A stretch of 64,000 nt of DNA from Eledone cirrhosa (GCA_964016885.1 OZ024742.1:285696001-285760000), one strand, 5' to 3'; numbered from the stretch's first letter, positions 1-13,373 are shown. The notes: generated from the letters alone by a model not told the origin. Numbers and translations are program-made.

Positions 1-66
1 AAATACTATATATTTTTTTAAATCATAAAACAGAATTTATTGGATTCGTGAGTTTTGTATCTAATA

Positions 67-255
67 ATAATTGTTTCTACTTTTGGCACAATGCCAGCAA
101 TTATCCCCGTGCATTACTGGTACTTTATTTTATCGACCCCATATGGATGAAAGGCAAAGCTAACCATGGCAGGATTTGAACTCAGAACATAAAGGGCCAT
201 AACTCTATGCTGTAAAGCATGGTGTCTGTCGCTCTACCAATTCTGCCAATCCAAT
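67..255 (+). mobile_element. SINE-like repeat, family S (core ctggtactttattttatcgaccc..ggatgaaaggcaaag..ggatttgaactcaga)
   Basis: The same core recurs at about 1792-1836(-), 17985-18195, 18205-18350, 36891-37003, 37077-37172(-), 46905-46985(-), 48285-48372(-) and 53550-53687. It resembles abundant octopus SINEs (recalled, not searched). Confidence 0.7.
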
Positions 256-266
256 TTTCGATTGGG

Positions 267-395
267 TTGCAAACAAGCAAACAGCCTCATTACGCAATGT
301 ATTTTAAATGACCATCACCATCCTTTTGTTCTAGCGGTGACAAGGATGGCGATGATCATCTAAAAAACATAGCGCAACAAGGCTGTTTGTTTGCA
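267..395. repeat. Imperfect palindrome / foldback (MITE-like)
   Basis: ttgcaaacaagcaaacagcct...ccatcctt / aaggatgg...aggctgtttgtttgcaa; the arm resembles the repeat at about 14115-14145 and 41620-41650. Confidence 0.55.
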
Positions 396-1065
396 AATAA
401 ATTGAATATTATCATTATTCGATATAAAGCTCACGAATACATTCACGTATCCGCTAGGTTAGAGCTAAAAACGAAACTCTAATTTTGTTTTTATAGAATT
501 TATTGTAATACAAAATATCCAGTAGTAAAAAAAAAACTGTACGATATATACATAGCAATATGGAAAAAATAAAGGGGGTGAGAAAAAAAATGAGAATTAA
601 ACAACGAAAGTAAAGAAGACGGAGCAACAGGCTCTACACCCTAGTCTGAGCGGTGGTTCAGCTGCGGCACATAGTTAAAATGGCATTGCCGTGGCGAATG
701 GCCAGTAACTCCCACCACAACAGCCACTACACCTCACGGGGCTCCTTCATCAGGCGGGCTAATTTTACGGAGGAAATGAGCAGTGCGGAGACGGATGACA
801 CCTGAGGTTTTGACGGTGACTGGTACCAAATAGGAAGCAGTCAAACAAGCCCCAGTATTTAGTTATCTTCCTCTCCTCTGCGTTGCAGGCAGCAGTGCCC
901 GGGTTTGCGGTCGAAGTGACAAAGTTAGAGATAAAGAACGAGTCTTAACACGTCGCGTCCTAGATAAGGGATTTACCTCCTTCGAATGGAAATACTATAA
1001 GACACACATTCCAATGAATTTTATATATTAGTATATTTCATGTGTGTATGTATATATGTATGTAA

Positions 1066-1682
1066 ATATATGTCAGGTCACCAGTTGGTGCTACTGGTAA
1101 CATGTATCCCAGTACAACCTCGTGGTCGGGTCGTTGGCGACTAAACTGGCAACCCCACCAAGGTTTCTTGGTGAGGAGGGTGACTTTGGACAGACATCCT
1201 GCAGGACTAAAAACAAAACCTGTCAAAGGGCAAAGGAGCTCTTAAGAGTCAATGGCCATCCAAAATCACCGGGAGAGATGACTCCTTAGCTTTTGTCAAG
1301 GCAGAATTCTAGGAGAAGGAAAACTCTGATATAACACCTGCAACCCTGATGGTATCCAATGATGTTGACTTGTTCTTCTTTTTGGTAAATATCATCTTGG
1401 TTAAGAGAGTGGGACTGGCTTTGTGCAGTGCCTTTGCTCACTATAAAAGCTTCACGGCACAGGCATTGCTTTATATCTGGAGATCTCTCTGCACTTGTCA
1501 TCACATGGTAACATGGGCCTAGCACTATGTGTCAATAATTGTCACAAGTGTATTGTTTGTACCAGAGTTTTCAAGTCGCTGGCTGGATTAAAAAGTCACA
1601 CTCGTTCAGCGCATCAGTAGGGGTTCTCCTACATGGATATAAAGTAGTGGCCGTACTCGAAAACGAGTTGGCAGCCACCATG
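1066..1682 (+). mobile_element. ~620-bp non-coding interspersed element between microsatellites (possible non-autonomous LINE derivative)
   Basis: A near-identical inverted copy lies at 50177-50790. Its start resembles the element starting near 51388 on the - strand. Orientation is arbitrary. Confidence 0.65.
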
Positions 1683-1754
<72 letters not shown>

Positions 1755-2127
1755 ATTATATACCACGTATATAATTCAGTTTCCAGTAATGCACTGGGTA
1801 ATTGCTGGCCTTGTGCCAAAAGTAGAAACAATTATTATAGTAAGAGATAACATTTTATTTCGTTTAACTATTTTCTATTAATATATTTTATTTTAACGTA
1901 TGTTTTTTTTTTTTATATATAGTGACCTTTTATATTCTGGGCTATCTTATTTCCTATCCACCTCAGTCATCAATCTTCTATTGTACATTTTATTCGTTAT
2001 TCTATCGCCCACACTATCCTCAACATCTTAAGTTTCGCTTCCTTTTGCAGGTAGTTTTTATTACAATTTTGATCATCCTCTAGATAAAACCACCACGACG
2101 AGCAATTCGCTTCTGTTTTTTCAGTAT

Positions 2128-2247
<120 letters not shown>

Positions 2248-2258
2248 CACACACACAC

Positions 2259-2348
<90 letters not shown>

Positions 2349-2412
2349 GTCCCAAGGCTCTGATACCATCAACACTATAAACACAGAGCTGGCATATCTA
2401 AGAACTGACTAA

Positions 2413-2466
2413 CTGCCTGATGAGGTCATAGCCATTCAATGGCTATTATCGAAATATATATAGCAG
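2413..2466 (+). ncRNA. Minimal type I hammerhead ribozyme motif
   Basis: CTGC-CTGATGA-[ATAGCCATT/AATGGCTAT stem II]-GAAA-TATATA-TA-GCAG. It sits in a ~165-bp repeat (2348-2510) also present at about 41945-42110, where the core reads CTGATGT. Confidence 0.8.
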
Positions 2467-2511
2467 TAAATAAAGGATTATGAGTTTATGCAATTGACTT
2501 ATGTTTCGTCA

Positions 2512-2547
<36 letters not shown>

Positions 2548-2617
2548 CAGAACTGTCAACTCTCCCCGTCCGACAGGGAGATCACCTACCCACTTTGTAA
2601 AAATACGTGTAGCTTTC

Positions 2618-2675
<58 letters not shown>

Positions 2676-2793
2676 TAACAGATTAAAGTTTAAGCAAAGA
2701 ATCGCTGCTTTCACCCTCGGGCTCTTATATATTTGATATATATTTATCCTTATCGAGCCCTCTTTGGATTTTAGTCTTCAAATTTATTATTAT

Positions 2794-2844
<51 letters not shown>

Positions 2845-2848
<4 letters not shown>

Positions 2849-3370
2849 AAAGTTCTATTTAAAATTGTTGGGATACAAGTAAATATTTTTATAACTGATA
2901 TAAAGCACTCGACAAGTATTTGGAGTAGATATACGATATTAATAAATGGAAACTATATTTATAAAACCATATTTATTTCATTATACATATTTCAGGGATA
3001 CCAAATTAAATTATGGTATGCCTTCATCAGACAAAATACAATATGTAACAGTTTTACAAATAAGCTTTGACGTACCATATTAAAATGCAACCATTGTTTT
3101 TGGAAGTCATCCGGATGACTTCCAAAAACAATGGTTGCATTTTAATAGGGTACGTCAAAGCTTATTTGTAAAACTTATATTTTTGGAAGTCATCTGGATG
3201 ACTTCCAAAAACAATGGTTGCATTTTAATAGGGTACGTCAAAGCTTATTTGTAAAACTGTTATATATTGTATTTTCTCTGATGAAGGCATACCATAATTT
3301 AATTTGGTATCCCTGAAATATGTATAATGAAATAAATATGGTTTTATAAATATAGTTTCCATTTAATATC

Positions 3371-3372
<2 letters not shown>
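2845..3372. mobile_element. Family A non-coding hammerhead mini-element in fold-back form
   Basis: Palindrome centred on ccgg 3111-3114 with a re-started arm at about 3181. It carries hammerheads at 2975-3037(-) and 3271-3333(+). Confidence 0.75.
3271..3333 (+). ncRNA. Minimal type I hammerhead (family A); mirror copy at 2975-3037 on - strand
   Basis: ATTTTCT-CTGATGA-AGGCATACCA..TGGTATCCCT-GAAA-TATGTA-TA-ATGAAAT. Confidence 0.75.
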
Positions 3373-3444
<72 letters not shown>

Positions 3445-3640
3445 CATTTCTAGTCTGACGAGCAGATCGATATCGGAGTCTAGTGACATTGAACCAATCA
3501 TCTGCGGAACGCGCGTAAGAGGTCGATACACAATAAAAACGTGAATACATGTACACGAAACTTTTTACTTACATTCTGCCAGTTTATCGAATGTTCATAT
3601 TGGTCCCACCACCAGTAACTCACTGAATCATATACACTAT

Positions 3641-3674
<34 letters not shown>

Positions 3675-3680
3675 TTAATA

Positions 3681-3918
3681 CATCTGAAGCGACTTTTTTC
3701 ACATAAAACAGGTAGAATTTCCAAAACTGATCAGATTAGAGCAAACATCACGGGCGCTCTATCTCAAAATTATTTTTGAAAAGCATTAGAAATGCGCAAC
3801 CGGTAAAAACTTAAAACCAAAACTGAATACTAACCAATACTTATTACTAATTTTTACTTATTCCTAATTAAACTGTTTTTCACCGGGAACAATTTGTCAG
3901 CATTTTCTTTTCCTTTTA

Positions 3919-3921
<3 letters not shown>
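3681..3921 (+). repeat. PLE-like 3' end fragment with decayed hammerhead-like motif; inverted copy at about 60328-60570
   Basis: TTGAAAA-GCA..TGC-GCAA-CCGG-TA at 3776-3805; the sequence matches 60328-60570 in reverse. Confidence 0.55.
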
Positions 3922-3977
<56 letters not shown>

Positions 3978-4120
3978 ATGATATTAATAAATGGAAACTA
4001 GCGTCTAAAAAATAACGATTTTTTTCAACCCAACGCATTAACTTCATTTGCATATTCATCTAATTTGAAATATTCGTTTTTTCCTTTCTTCCCCTTTCCT
4101 CTCTTTCCTTTCACTATTCA

Positions 4121-4375
4121 GACTGAACTTGAACCGTTAAGGTATGATTCCTGGGTATGTCACTATTTATAAAACAAACTTTGTATTTTATCTGATGAGG
4201 GCGTACCAAAGTTTTGGTACCCTTGAAATATATATAATATAATAAATATGGTTTTATAAATATAGTTTCCATTTATTAATATCATTGATATTATACTCCA
4301 GAAAACTTGTTGAGTGCTTTTAATCTGTTATAAATATATTTGTTGAATTACCAACAAATTAAATATCCCTTTGCT
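4121..4375 (+). mobile_element. Family A mini-element with hammerhead at 4184-4244
   Basis: TATTTTAT-CTGATGA-GGGCGTACCAA..TTGGTACCCTT-GAAA-TATATA-TA-ATATAATA. The upstream ~70 bp match the unit of the 43.5-45 kb array. Confidence 0.8.
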
Positions 4376-4683
4376 TATATATATATATGTACGTTTAAAT
4401 TTGGTGGTTTACCACTGGTTAGAATTGGTTATTCTGCAATGTTAATCATAGCGTAATATGCGAAAAGCACTCGACGTTAGGACACTCATCCATCTTGAAT
4501 GTTGAATCATTGTATGGTGGGGGAACGGAGTAAATGTATTATAAAGTGAAATGACAGGAGGCCAAATATGTTGAATTCCTAAATTTTTAAAACATAGCAC
4601 ACACTTTTTCCTCTCTGTTTTTTATTTGCTTCTTTCCTTAAAGTTTACCATCATTCCGTTGGTATATATCTATTACGCAATTT

Positions 4684-4741
4684 ACACCTGATGAGGTCAC
4701 CGAGTACTTACGCAACCTGGCCACTGAAATGTGCATAGTGT
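4684..4741 (+). ncRNA. Minimal type I hammerhead motif
   Basis: ACAC-CTGATGA-(GGTCA..TGGCC)ACT-GAAA-TGTGCA-TA-GTGT; stem III ATGTGCAT is near-palindromic and stem II is imperfect. Confidence 0.65.
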
Positions 4742-4774
4742 TTACATTATGGTTTACTGTCATTTCACTTTATA

Positions 4775-4824
<50 letters not shown>

Positions 4825-5026
4825 TTTCTGGATTTGTTTAGCAAGATTCTTTATCTGAAATCGTGTGTTGAAACTGATATTGTTATACTTTGGGAGGGTC
4901 ATGTTGCCAATAAGAAACACACGCACCAGTTGCTTTCACTTCAATTTATTATATATTTATAAATTTATAAATTTATAAATTTCTGGTTGGTTGGTTGGTT
5001 CCACAACCAGATAGTTGTTTATATAT

Positions 5027-5071
5027 AGTCATAGTCCTTTCGTCACACACTCTGTGACCTCTTCAGTGACT
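5027..5071 (-). ncRNA. Minimal hammerhead in PLE 3' pseudo-LTR
   Basis: Reverse complement AGTCA-CTGAAGA-GGTCAC..GTGAC-GAAA-GGAC-TA-TGACT. Confidence 0.8.
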
Positions 5072-5271
5072 GGGGATTCCTTTCTTTGTTTCTGTGCCTC
5101 TCCTTTGTTCTGTCCTACGCCATTTTGTTTCTGTGTGTGTGTTGTGTGCTCAGTCTGCGCATGCGTCACATCCGGGTGTCTGTGTGTGTTTATGTTCATT
5201 TATTTATTTGTTTATTTACATGTTACTGGTTGGTTGTTTGTTCTATGTGTGTGTGTGTTTTCATTTTGTCC

Positions 5272-8200
5272 TTAATTGTAAGTTGTGATGTTGCTGTTCC
5301 ACTCATATTTTCTATTTAATTTTGGTTGTAATTCTTTTATGTTTATTGCCTCTGTAATTTGTCTAAACATTGCGTCTTTTCTGTGTGTAGATTCTATTTT
5401 TATTTCTATGTTCTCTAATTTACCCTTGTGTTCTATCTTAGCATGTTGGTAGAGTACAGATGATTCTTTATTATCTTGAAGGTCTCGCCAGTGTTCATTT
5501 ATTCGTTCCCCTACACTACGAGCTGTCTCACCTATGTACACTATATTTTTGTCTCTACATTGTCCTTCAGTACATCTTATGCTATACACTACATTTCTAG
5601 TTTTACAGTTAATATGGGGGCTTATTTTACAGGTTATACATTTCTTATCTATACATGAGGGTCTTTGAAAAGGGTATGTCTTGCTAATAAGTGTTTTTAC
5701 GGAGGTACCTGGTCTTTCTACTATCTTAATATTGAGTTTATGTTTATTTAGGGCCCTTCTAAATTTGTAAGCTAATTCACCTCTAGGGGTTGTATTGATG
5801 AACATTACACTCTGGTATTTATTGCTATCATACCATGAGTTTATTCTATTAGCCTTGTTCCTAGTTCTTTCTATTTTATTCCAAAATTTGCTCCTATACA
5901 AGGGGCAGGTCCCATTTATGTCATTATTTACCATTTTTTCCCATTTGGTTCTGGCTCCTCTATACACTCTGATTTTATCTCTCTGATTGTAGCCAGAGAA
6001 CTGCATACGGTGGATGAAGTGTTGTATGTGTCTCTCTAGTTCTTCGGGGTTGCACATGCGGGACACATTTCTCATCACCCGTTCCAAATCCGCAATCAGT
6101 ATGTTGATTTTGGTATGGTCCGAAACGGCCGAGTTTCGGTGGATCAGATGTTTGGAAGTCATGGGTTTGGCATAATGGGAATGGAGGATCTGTTTTTTGT
6201 TGTTAATGGTATCTAACCAGAGCTCTGTGTCTAGTACAGGTAATCGATGGTTGGGGTGTTTACTTGGGTAGTCTATAGTAACTCTAATACTCTGGTGGAT
6301 GGAGTTTGCTATTTTCTGGATGCTTTCCATTGTGTTTTTCTCTAGTTCCTGACTGTTCTCTAGTGGGGGTGTCTTAACTACGATGTTTATATCATCTACG
6401 TAGCGGGAGTACATTATCAGGGTTAAGGGGTCTTCTAATTGTTCTTTAAGTTTAAGTTTAAATCTACTGTCCCACCATACCATGAATAAGTTAGCTATGT
6501 CGCCTGCAATGCTAACACCAATGGCTGCTCCTTCCTCTTGGGCATATGTTTTCCATTAAATTTGAACATATGTTCCTTAAGGGTTAGTTTTATGCTGGCC
6601 CCTACCGCATGTGCAATCATTTTCTTCAGTTCATAGTGGTTTTCGGGTGTCCGTATGGCTCTGGTCCACCCGTTCCATCTATCTGTGTGGGCTTTCTTGG
6701 CCATTGAGGTAATGGTAGGTGGTCTGCCTCTTGCTGGTCTTGTAGGGCACAGGTTGCTAAGGTCATATGTGTCTAGGTAACTATTACTATAGGTAAGATT
6801 AAGTAGGAGTCCCAGCTCACTGGTATCAATCCCACGGAACTCAACCTTGCTCTCACTGATCATTTCTACGCATTTCTCCACAGCAAAATCCACGTCAATA
6901 GATGGATACAGGGACACAACATCCATACTGCCTATTATGCAGTTTGTTAGGTCCCCAGATCGGTTACTCACGCCGATTCTGCTGAGGAGGTCCTCCGTGC
7001 TGTCACATACATCTGGGGACATTTCAATGATGGGGCGTATGATCAGGGAGAGGAAGTAGGACAGTCTGTAGTTACTAGCAATGTTAGCTCCACAGACTGG
7101 CCGTGTTGGTGGTCCCGCGACAGGGTCACAGCCCGTTTTATGGTCTTTTCGAAGCCCATACAACGCCGGCACGTCATTGTTCCAGGCCTGGAAGTTGTTG
7201 GCAGTCCTTTTGTTTGGCTGCATTATATTCGTCCACATCACCATATGGGCATTGAGGGCTTTTTCTCTATCCTCATGCTCCTGTGGTGTTACCTCTCTTG
7301 TGTTAGTGATGTGGGGTTGCATTGCCTGGATGTAGTTTGGCAGGCTGTCAACCGACATTCTGCCAGACTTGTCTGTTGGAAAGCATGCTATCTCTCCATT
7401 ACGTGAGCGCTGCATGAGCTTACGCAAGCCATTTGCAGATTTTGCTCCCAGTTGCTGGGCCTCCATTCTATTATGCTTCTTGTTCTATAATATTTCTAAG
7501 TTCGGATCTAGCTATACTAAATTGTGCTTCTGTTTGTTCATCGACCTGCGACGGCAATTGCGTGCGTTTGTTAAATGGTAAAGTCGTGGCGTGGACTCGT
7601 CGCAGGTCGAATGATTTATCGGAGGGATTATAAAACGTAGAGTTACAGGCTGCTGCTTTATGTGTACTAGTGCTATTGTTATTGTTAATTGTGTTGTTTC
7701 TATTTCTATTTCCACCAACAGCCTCATGGTTGTTTCTATGTCTCTCATAATTACTCCTGTCTCTTTCGCCTGGCTCATTGTTGTTATCTACCCTATTTTG
7801 TCTGTCTGTGTGTTCGTCTTGGTTATTCTCTTTGTCCTTAGTCTCCCTTCTCTTTTTAATCCTATTACTTTCCCTTATTTCTGTGATTTCTGTGCTACTG
7901 TCATTACTTGTTTTCTGTGTCTGTGTGTTTGTTAAGATTGTGGTGGTGATGTGAGGCATTGAATGTGTGTGTGTTGTTGTTGTTGATGTGTGCTGTTGTT
8001 GATGTGTGTTGTTGTTGTCTCCGTGTGTGTTATTGTTGTTGTGTGTGTTGTTATTGTTGTTTGTGTCTGCGTGTCTGTTGTTGTTGTTTCTGGATATGTT
8101 GTTATTGTTGTTGTTGTTGGTGTGTGTGTTGTTGTTATTGTTGTTTGTGTCTGTGTGTCTGTTGTTGTTGGGGTGTGTGTTGTATATGTGTGTGCGTATA

Positions 8201-8985
8201 TTGTTGCTTTTGTTTTTGTTTTTGAGGCTCAAGCGTAGTTTTGTAAATGATTTTTCTATTTCTGACAGACAACTAATCATATTTACCTTCTTGAATGTCG
8301 CAAATTTCGGGGGTAAACATAACACAGACATCTCATCGTTATCAATTCTCGCGTTACCAAATATATTTGTGTTGTTGTTGTTGTTGTTGAACTCTTCTGT
8401 TAATGAGGTGTCGGCCATATTTATACCGTCAATTTTGTCGGGATATCTATTGGTATTCTCTATAGTATCCTGATTTAGCTTTATCTGCTTAAGCCACTTT
8501 AGTTTCTTGTTAAAGTGCTTATCACATTCTTGAGTAATGTACTGTTCTTCAGGATGTATAAGGCTTATAAATATTAGTTTCTCTCTTGGTGTGGTGATCC
8601 TAGATATTTCTTGTATTAGGTTACGCTTATGTTTTTCTTGATGACTTAATTCTCTATAGATCTTCTTTTTTATGTTTAGAATTAATGTTCGTTTTAGCCT
8701 ATCTGCTTGTTTTTTGGTGAGTTGTAATCTTCTAACGTCGGTGTTGATGGTGTTGGTGTAGACTTGGGATGAGGCACATTGTTTTATGAAGTGTAGTTGT
8801 CGAGATGTTATGGTTTTTCGTAGACAACAGAACATGGTGGTTTTCAGTATCTTGTTAGCCTGGCTAAGGCTTACGATATTTCGTTTCTGAATTTGTTTAG
8901 CAAGATTCTTTATCTGAAATCGTGTGTTGAAACCGATATTGTTATACTTTGGGAGGGTTATGTTGCCAATAAGAAACACACGCAC
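5272..8985 (-). pseudogene. PLE polyprotein (N-terminal domain, RT, Cys linker, GIY-YIG endonuclease) broken by two frameshifts at about 7470 and 6550
   Basis: Motifs TDKSGR, RPVCGA, GSMDVVSLYPSID, YSRYVDDI, LPVLD, HYAKPM, CxxxxCxxC and NVVYSIRC..YIGETARSVGERINEH. Restoring one A at about 6550 gives GKTYAQEEGAAIGVSIAGDIANLFMVWWD. Confidence 0.9.
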
Positions 8986-9101
8986 CAGTTGCTTTCACTT
9001 CAATTTATTATATATTTATAAATTTATAAATTTATAAATTTATAAATTTATAAATTTCTGGTTGGTTGGTTGGTTCCACAACCAGATAGTTGTTTATATA
9101 T

Positions 9102-9146
9102 AGTCATAGTTCTTTCGTCACACACTCTGTGACCTCTTCAGTGACT
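9102..9146 (-). ncRNA. Minimal hammerhead in PLE 5' pseudo-LTR
   Basis: Reverse complement AGTCA-CTGAAGA-GGTCAC..GTGAC-GAAA-GAAC-TA-TGACT. Confidence 0.8.
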
Positions 9147-9346
9147 GGGGATTCCTTTCTTTGTTTCTGTGCCTCTCCTTTGTTCTGTCCTACGCCATTT
9201 TGTTTCTGTGTGTGTGTTGTGTGCTTAGTCTGCGCATGCGCCACATCCGGGTGTCTGTGTGTGTTTATGTTCATTTATTTATTTGTTTATTTACATGTTA
9301 CTGGTTGGTTGTTTGTTCTATGTGTGTGTGTGTTTTCATTTTGTCC

Positions 9347-9722
9347 TTAATTGTAATTTGTGATGTTGCTGTTCCACTCATATTTTCTATTTAATTTTGG
9401 TTGTAATTCTTTTATGTTTATTGCCTCTGTAATTTGTCTAAACATTGCGTCTTTTCTGTGTGTAGATTCTATTTTTATTTCTATGTTCTCTAATTTACCC
9501 TTGTGTTCTATCTTAGCATGTTGGTAGAGTACAGATGATTCTTTATTATCTTGAAGGTCTCGCCAGTGTTCATTTATCCGTTCCCCTACACTACGAGCTG
9601 TCTCACCTATGTACACTATATTTTTGTCTCTACATTGTCCTTCAGTACATCTTATGCTATACACTACATTTCTAGTTTTACAGTTAATATGGGGGCTTAT
9701 TTTACAGGTTATACATTTCTTA
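9347..9722 (-). pseudogene. Duplicated GIY-YIG C-terminus in 5' pseudo-LTR
   Basis: Near-identical to the last ~125 aa of ORF 5272..6483. Confidence 0.85.
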
Positions 9723-9841
9723 TACATTTCTTATAAATTTCTTATCTATACATGAGACCCTCATGTATAGATAAGAAATGTATAACCTGTAAAATAAGCC
9801 CCCATATTAACTGTAAAACTAGAAATGTATATATATCTTTC

Positions 9842-9889
<48 letters not shown>

Positions 9890-10004
9890 CAGGAAAGAAG
9901 GTTGACATGGTTTGCTATACAAAAAAGGTTTAATCACATAGCTTACATTTGTTTCACTGAGCTGGTATATATATATATATATTTATATACATATAAATAA
10001 TATA

Positions 10005-10482
10005 TACAATAAATAAATAAATAAATATATACACAAGCACAATAACCAAAACACAGTCACCCAAACGCGAACACACACCAAACACTATACACACACGCAA
10101 ACGGATGCGCAGAGAAGAAGACAAAAATAAATAAATAAACAGATAAAATAAAAATGCTGTAGACATACAATACAACAGGAGGAACATAATAGTACCACTG
10201 ATGATGTTGCAGATGTGCAACGAAAGAACTTTGTTAGACTATATATATGTGTTTATATCTGTATTTTTGACCGCTGGTCAGTCAATGATAAACATTGAGG
10301 ACCAAATGAATTAACTGTGGAGATATAAAAGATACAGAAGCGAAAACCATCCAAACAGTGAGTGTGTTCTGTTATTATTTCTGGCAATATTATTACAACA
10401 ATATGAACCTTCCCAAGTATAACAATATTTGTTTCGACACACGATTTCATATGAAAAAAAAAACATTGCAAAACAAATTCAT
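10005..10482 (+). mobile_element. Solo PLE pseudo-LTR (family C) with hammerhead at 10194-10235
   Basis: ACCA-CTGATGA-TGTTGCA..TGCAAC-GAAA-GAAC-TT-TGTT. It ends in the ORF-start motif [14 protein letters not shown], homologous to the N-terminus of ORF 7471..8985. Confidence 0.75.
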
Positions 10483-10699
10483 CAGCGTTATATATATATA
10501 TATAACGGTGATGAATTTATTTTGGCTATGGTGGTTAATGGCTTCTTAACCATCGTCTCACCGTGTATGACCATTTTAACTTATGCTTATAGCTCTGGTA
10601 TCTTCTTCATATCCATGGAGCGCTTGTCTGCACAATATGGAAGTTGCGTTTCGCTAATTTCTGCCCGCCGAAATGCGATTCTCGGTAAATTTATATTTG

Positions 10700-10798
<99 letters not shown>

Positions 10799-10825
10799 AC
10801 TTTTATATATATATATATATGTATA

Positions 10826-10950
<125 letters not shown>

Positions 10951-11029
10951 GTTTGTATATGTATAATAAAGCCAAAACAATGCAGGTATGGACATAGAAT
11001 AAAGAATACAAATGCAAAAGATATTGTTG

Positions 11030-11766
11030 ACAATTAGTCTTTTACCTTAGATTTATTTAAATGTCCTTAATTTTCGAGATAATATCTTTTCTTCGGAGGG
11101 AAGTAAAGCGGTTAAACCAGTGTTCTAAATAGCTTGCTAAGTCATGCTGACAGGAAATGGTATAGAGTTCTATCTCTAATGTCAAAGAGTTAAGGTTAGG
11201 TGGATAAAGAGTAGTCTCCCTTTAAAAGGTTTTTTTTTGTACATGCCCGTTTAAGTGTGTGGGAGAATGTGTGAGGTATAAGTATGTGTGTGAGTGTGAG
11301 AAGATATGTCTATACGTAAATGTGGGGGATAGATGTTATCTCTTGTTAGAACTGGTCTTTGTGTGTGTATGTGTGCGTGAGAGAGAGAATAAGTGGAGGT
11401 GTAAGTGTGCGTGTGTGTGTGTGTGTGTGTGTGCGTGCGTGTGTGCGTGTGTGCGTGTGTGTGGGAGGGGGTGTAAATATGGGGCTAGATGCTATATCAA
11501 GTTATAAATTGGGTGTTGAGTTCTAGTCTATTATTGATTGGTGGTTGTATTTTGTCTATAATTAGTGCTTCCTTAATTCTAAGATTGCCGAGGTTTCTTT
11601 CCTTAGTTTCTATCTTAACTGTTATGGTTTTGTCGGTGTTTTTGCATTTAACTAGGTGTTTCTTAAATGAGGAAGCGTTAGTATTGAGGTGTTCTTTTAT
11701 TCTTATGTGGAGTGGTCTGGTGGTGCTACCTACGTAGAAGTTGCTGCAGTTGTCGCACAGCGACAA
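11030..11766 (-). mobile_element. PLE 3' fragment: GIY-YIG endonuclease end (11497-11766), 3' UTR and hammerhead-like motif (11065-11099)
   Basis: CDNCSNFYVGSTTRPLHIRIKEH...LRIKEALII..QPPINNR; reverse complement CCT-CCGAAGA-AAAGAT..ATCTC-GAAA-AT-TA-AGG. Confidence 0.75.
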
Positions 11767-12689
11767 ATTTACAGTGAACTTTGATATAAAGGTATGGCAC
11801 TTTATATGTAATATTCAATTGTAGCACTATATAATAGGGAGTAATCAACTTAATATAGCTGCCTTTAGTACATCATGATAGAGTAGACTGTATTTAAAAT
11901 GGGAAACTAGATATAAATATATAACCGTCTATATAAGGGACTCAATTGAGGCGCCTTATAATGTATGTTAGAACAATGAATTTAGTTATGAAAATCAGCT
12001 AGTTACCTCCCCTTACACATTAACTCCCCTTAATTACACACATACTTCCGGGTAATAAACCACTGTAAATTCTCGCAGCAGAATCAACCTATTCTATAAA
12101 TTTGGATTAAATAACACTGAGCCTCAATACGCTAAAATAATTTAATTTAATGCATCAAACATTCAATACGGAATCATCGTTACTTATGTGATGGATGTAA
12201 AAACATTGTAATACTTTTTCTGAATGTGAAAATGGTGGTGGATACGAAAACTATAACTTTCGTTTGCTTCTTCTTTTTCTTTTTATTTTTCTGCACACAT
12301 ACTTTTTTGTTCTATACAAAAAATACCCTACCACTACAACCACCATAATACTCTTGCTTACCCGCTTAAAGTGTTTGCATTACATGTAACACCCTGCCAC
12401 ACAATAATCGTATAAAAATGAGACACACTTGCATGCTCCATATGTAACTAACGCATACACTACCTACTAGATCTGACTATCAAACTATCCTCTTGCATTA
12501 TCTGTGTTAACTGCCGAATGTATTTTAATTTTGATTTTGAATTTAATTTTGATTTGATTTTGAATTTGAATTGCTGTACAAAATTAGTATATTATAATAT
12601 ATGTCATTCCACTGTACATCAATATATATGTATCTGTATGTCTCTTGCATTGGAAAGGAGGTCAAGTATGTGTACAAACATTGAAAAAT

Positions 12690-12734
12690 GCTCCGAAGAC
12701 TCTAAGCCTAGGTTTGGATGAAATAATTGTAAGC
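12690..12734 (+). ncRNA. Minimal hammerhead-like motif, U4C core variant
   Basis: GCT-CCGAAGA-C-TCTAAGCC/GGTTTGGA-T-GAAA-TAATTG-TA-AGC, followed by AATAAA. Confidence 0.6.
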
Positions 12735-12765
12735 GAATAAATGCTTTGAACATAGCTTTGATTCT

Positions 12766-13373
<608 letters not shown>

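Larger units (their letters stand above)
4822..9828 (-). mobile_element. Penelope-like retroelement, near complete, with direct pseudo-LTRs (about 4822-5650 and 8881-9725) and a short inverted piece (9752-9828)
   Basis: RT plus C-terminal GIY-YIG ORF pieces; the duplicated GIY-YIG/3' UTR/ORF-start block is on both sides, with a hammerhead in each repeat. Confidence 0.92.

Noticed and set aside
1286-1525. Conserved small protein shared with 50334..50573
   Set aside because: The similarity simply reflects two copies of one repeat, with no recognisable domain.
11766-12070. MITE with aatttacagtg / cactgtaaatt ends
   Set aside because: Only an 11-bp inverted match with no clear TSD or second copy.
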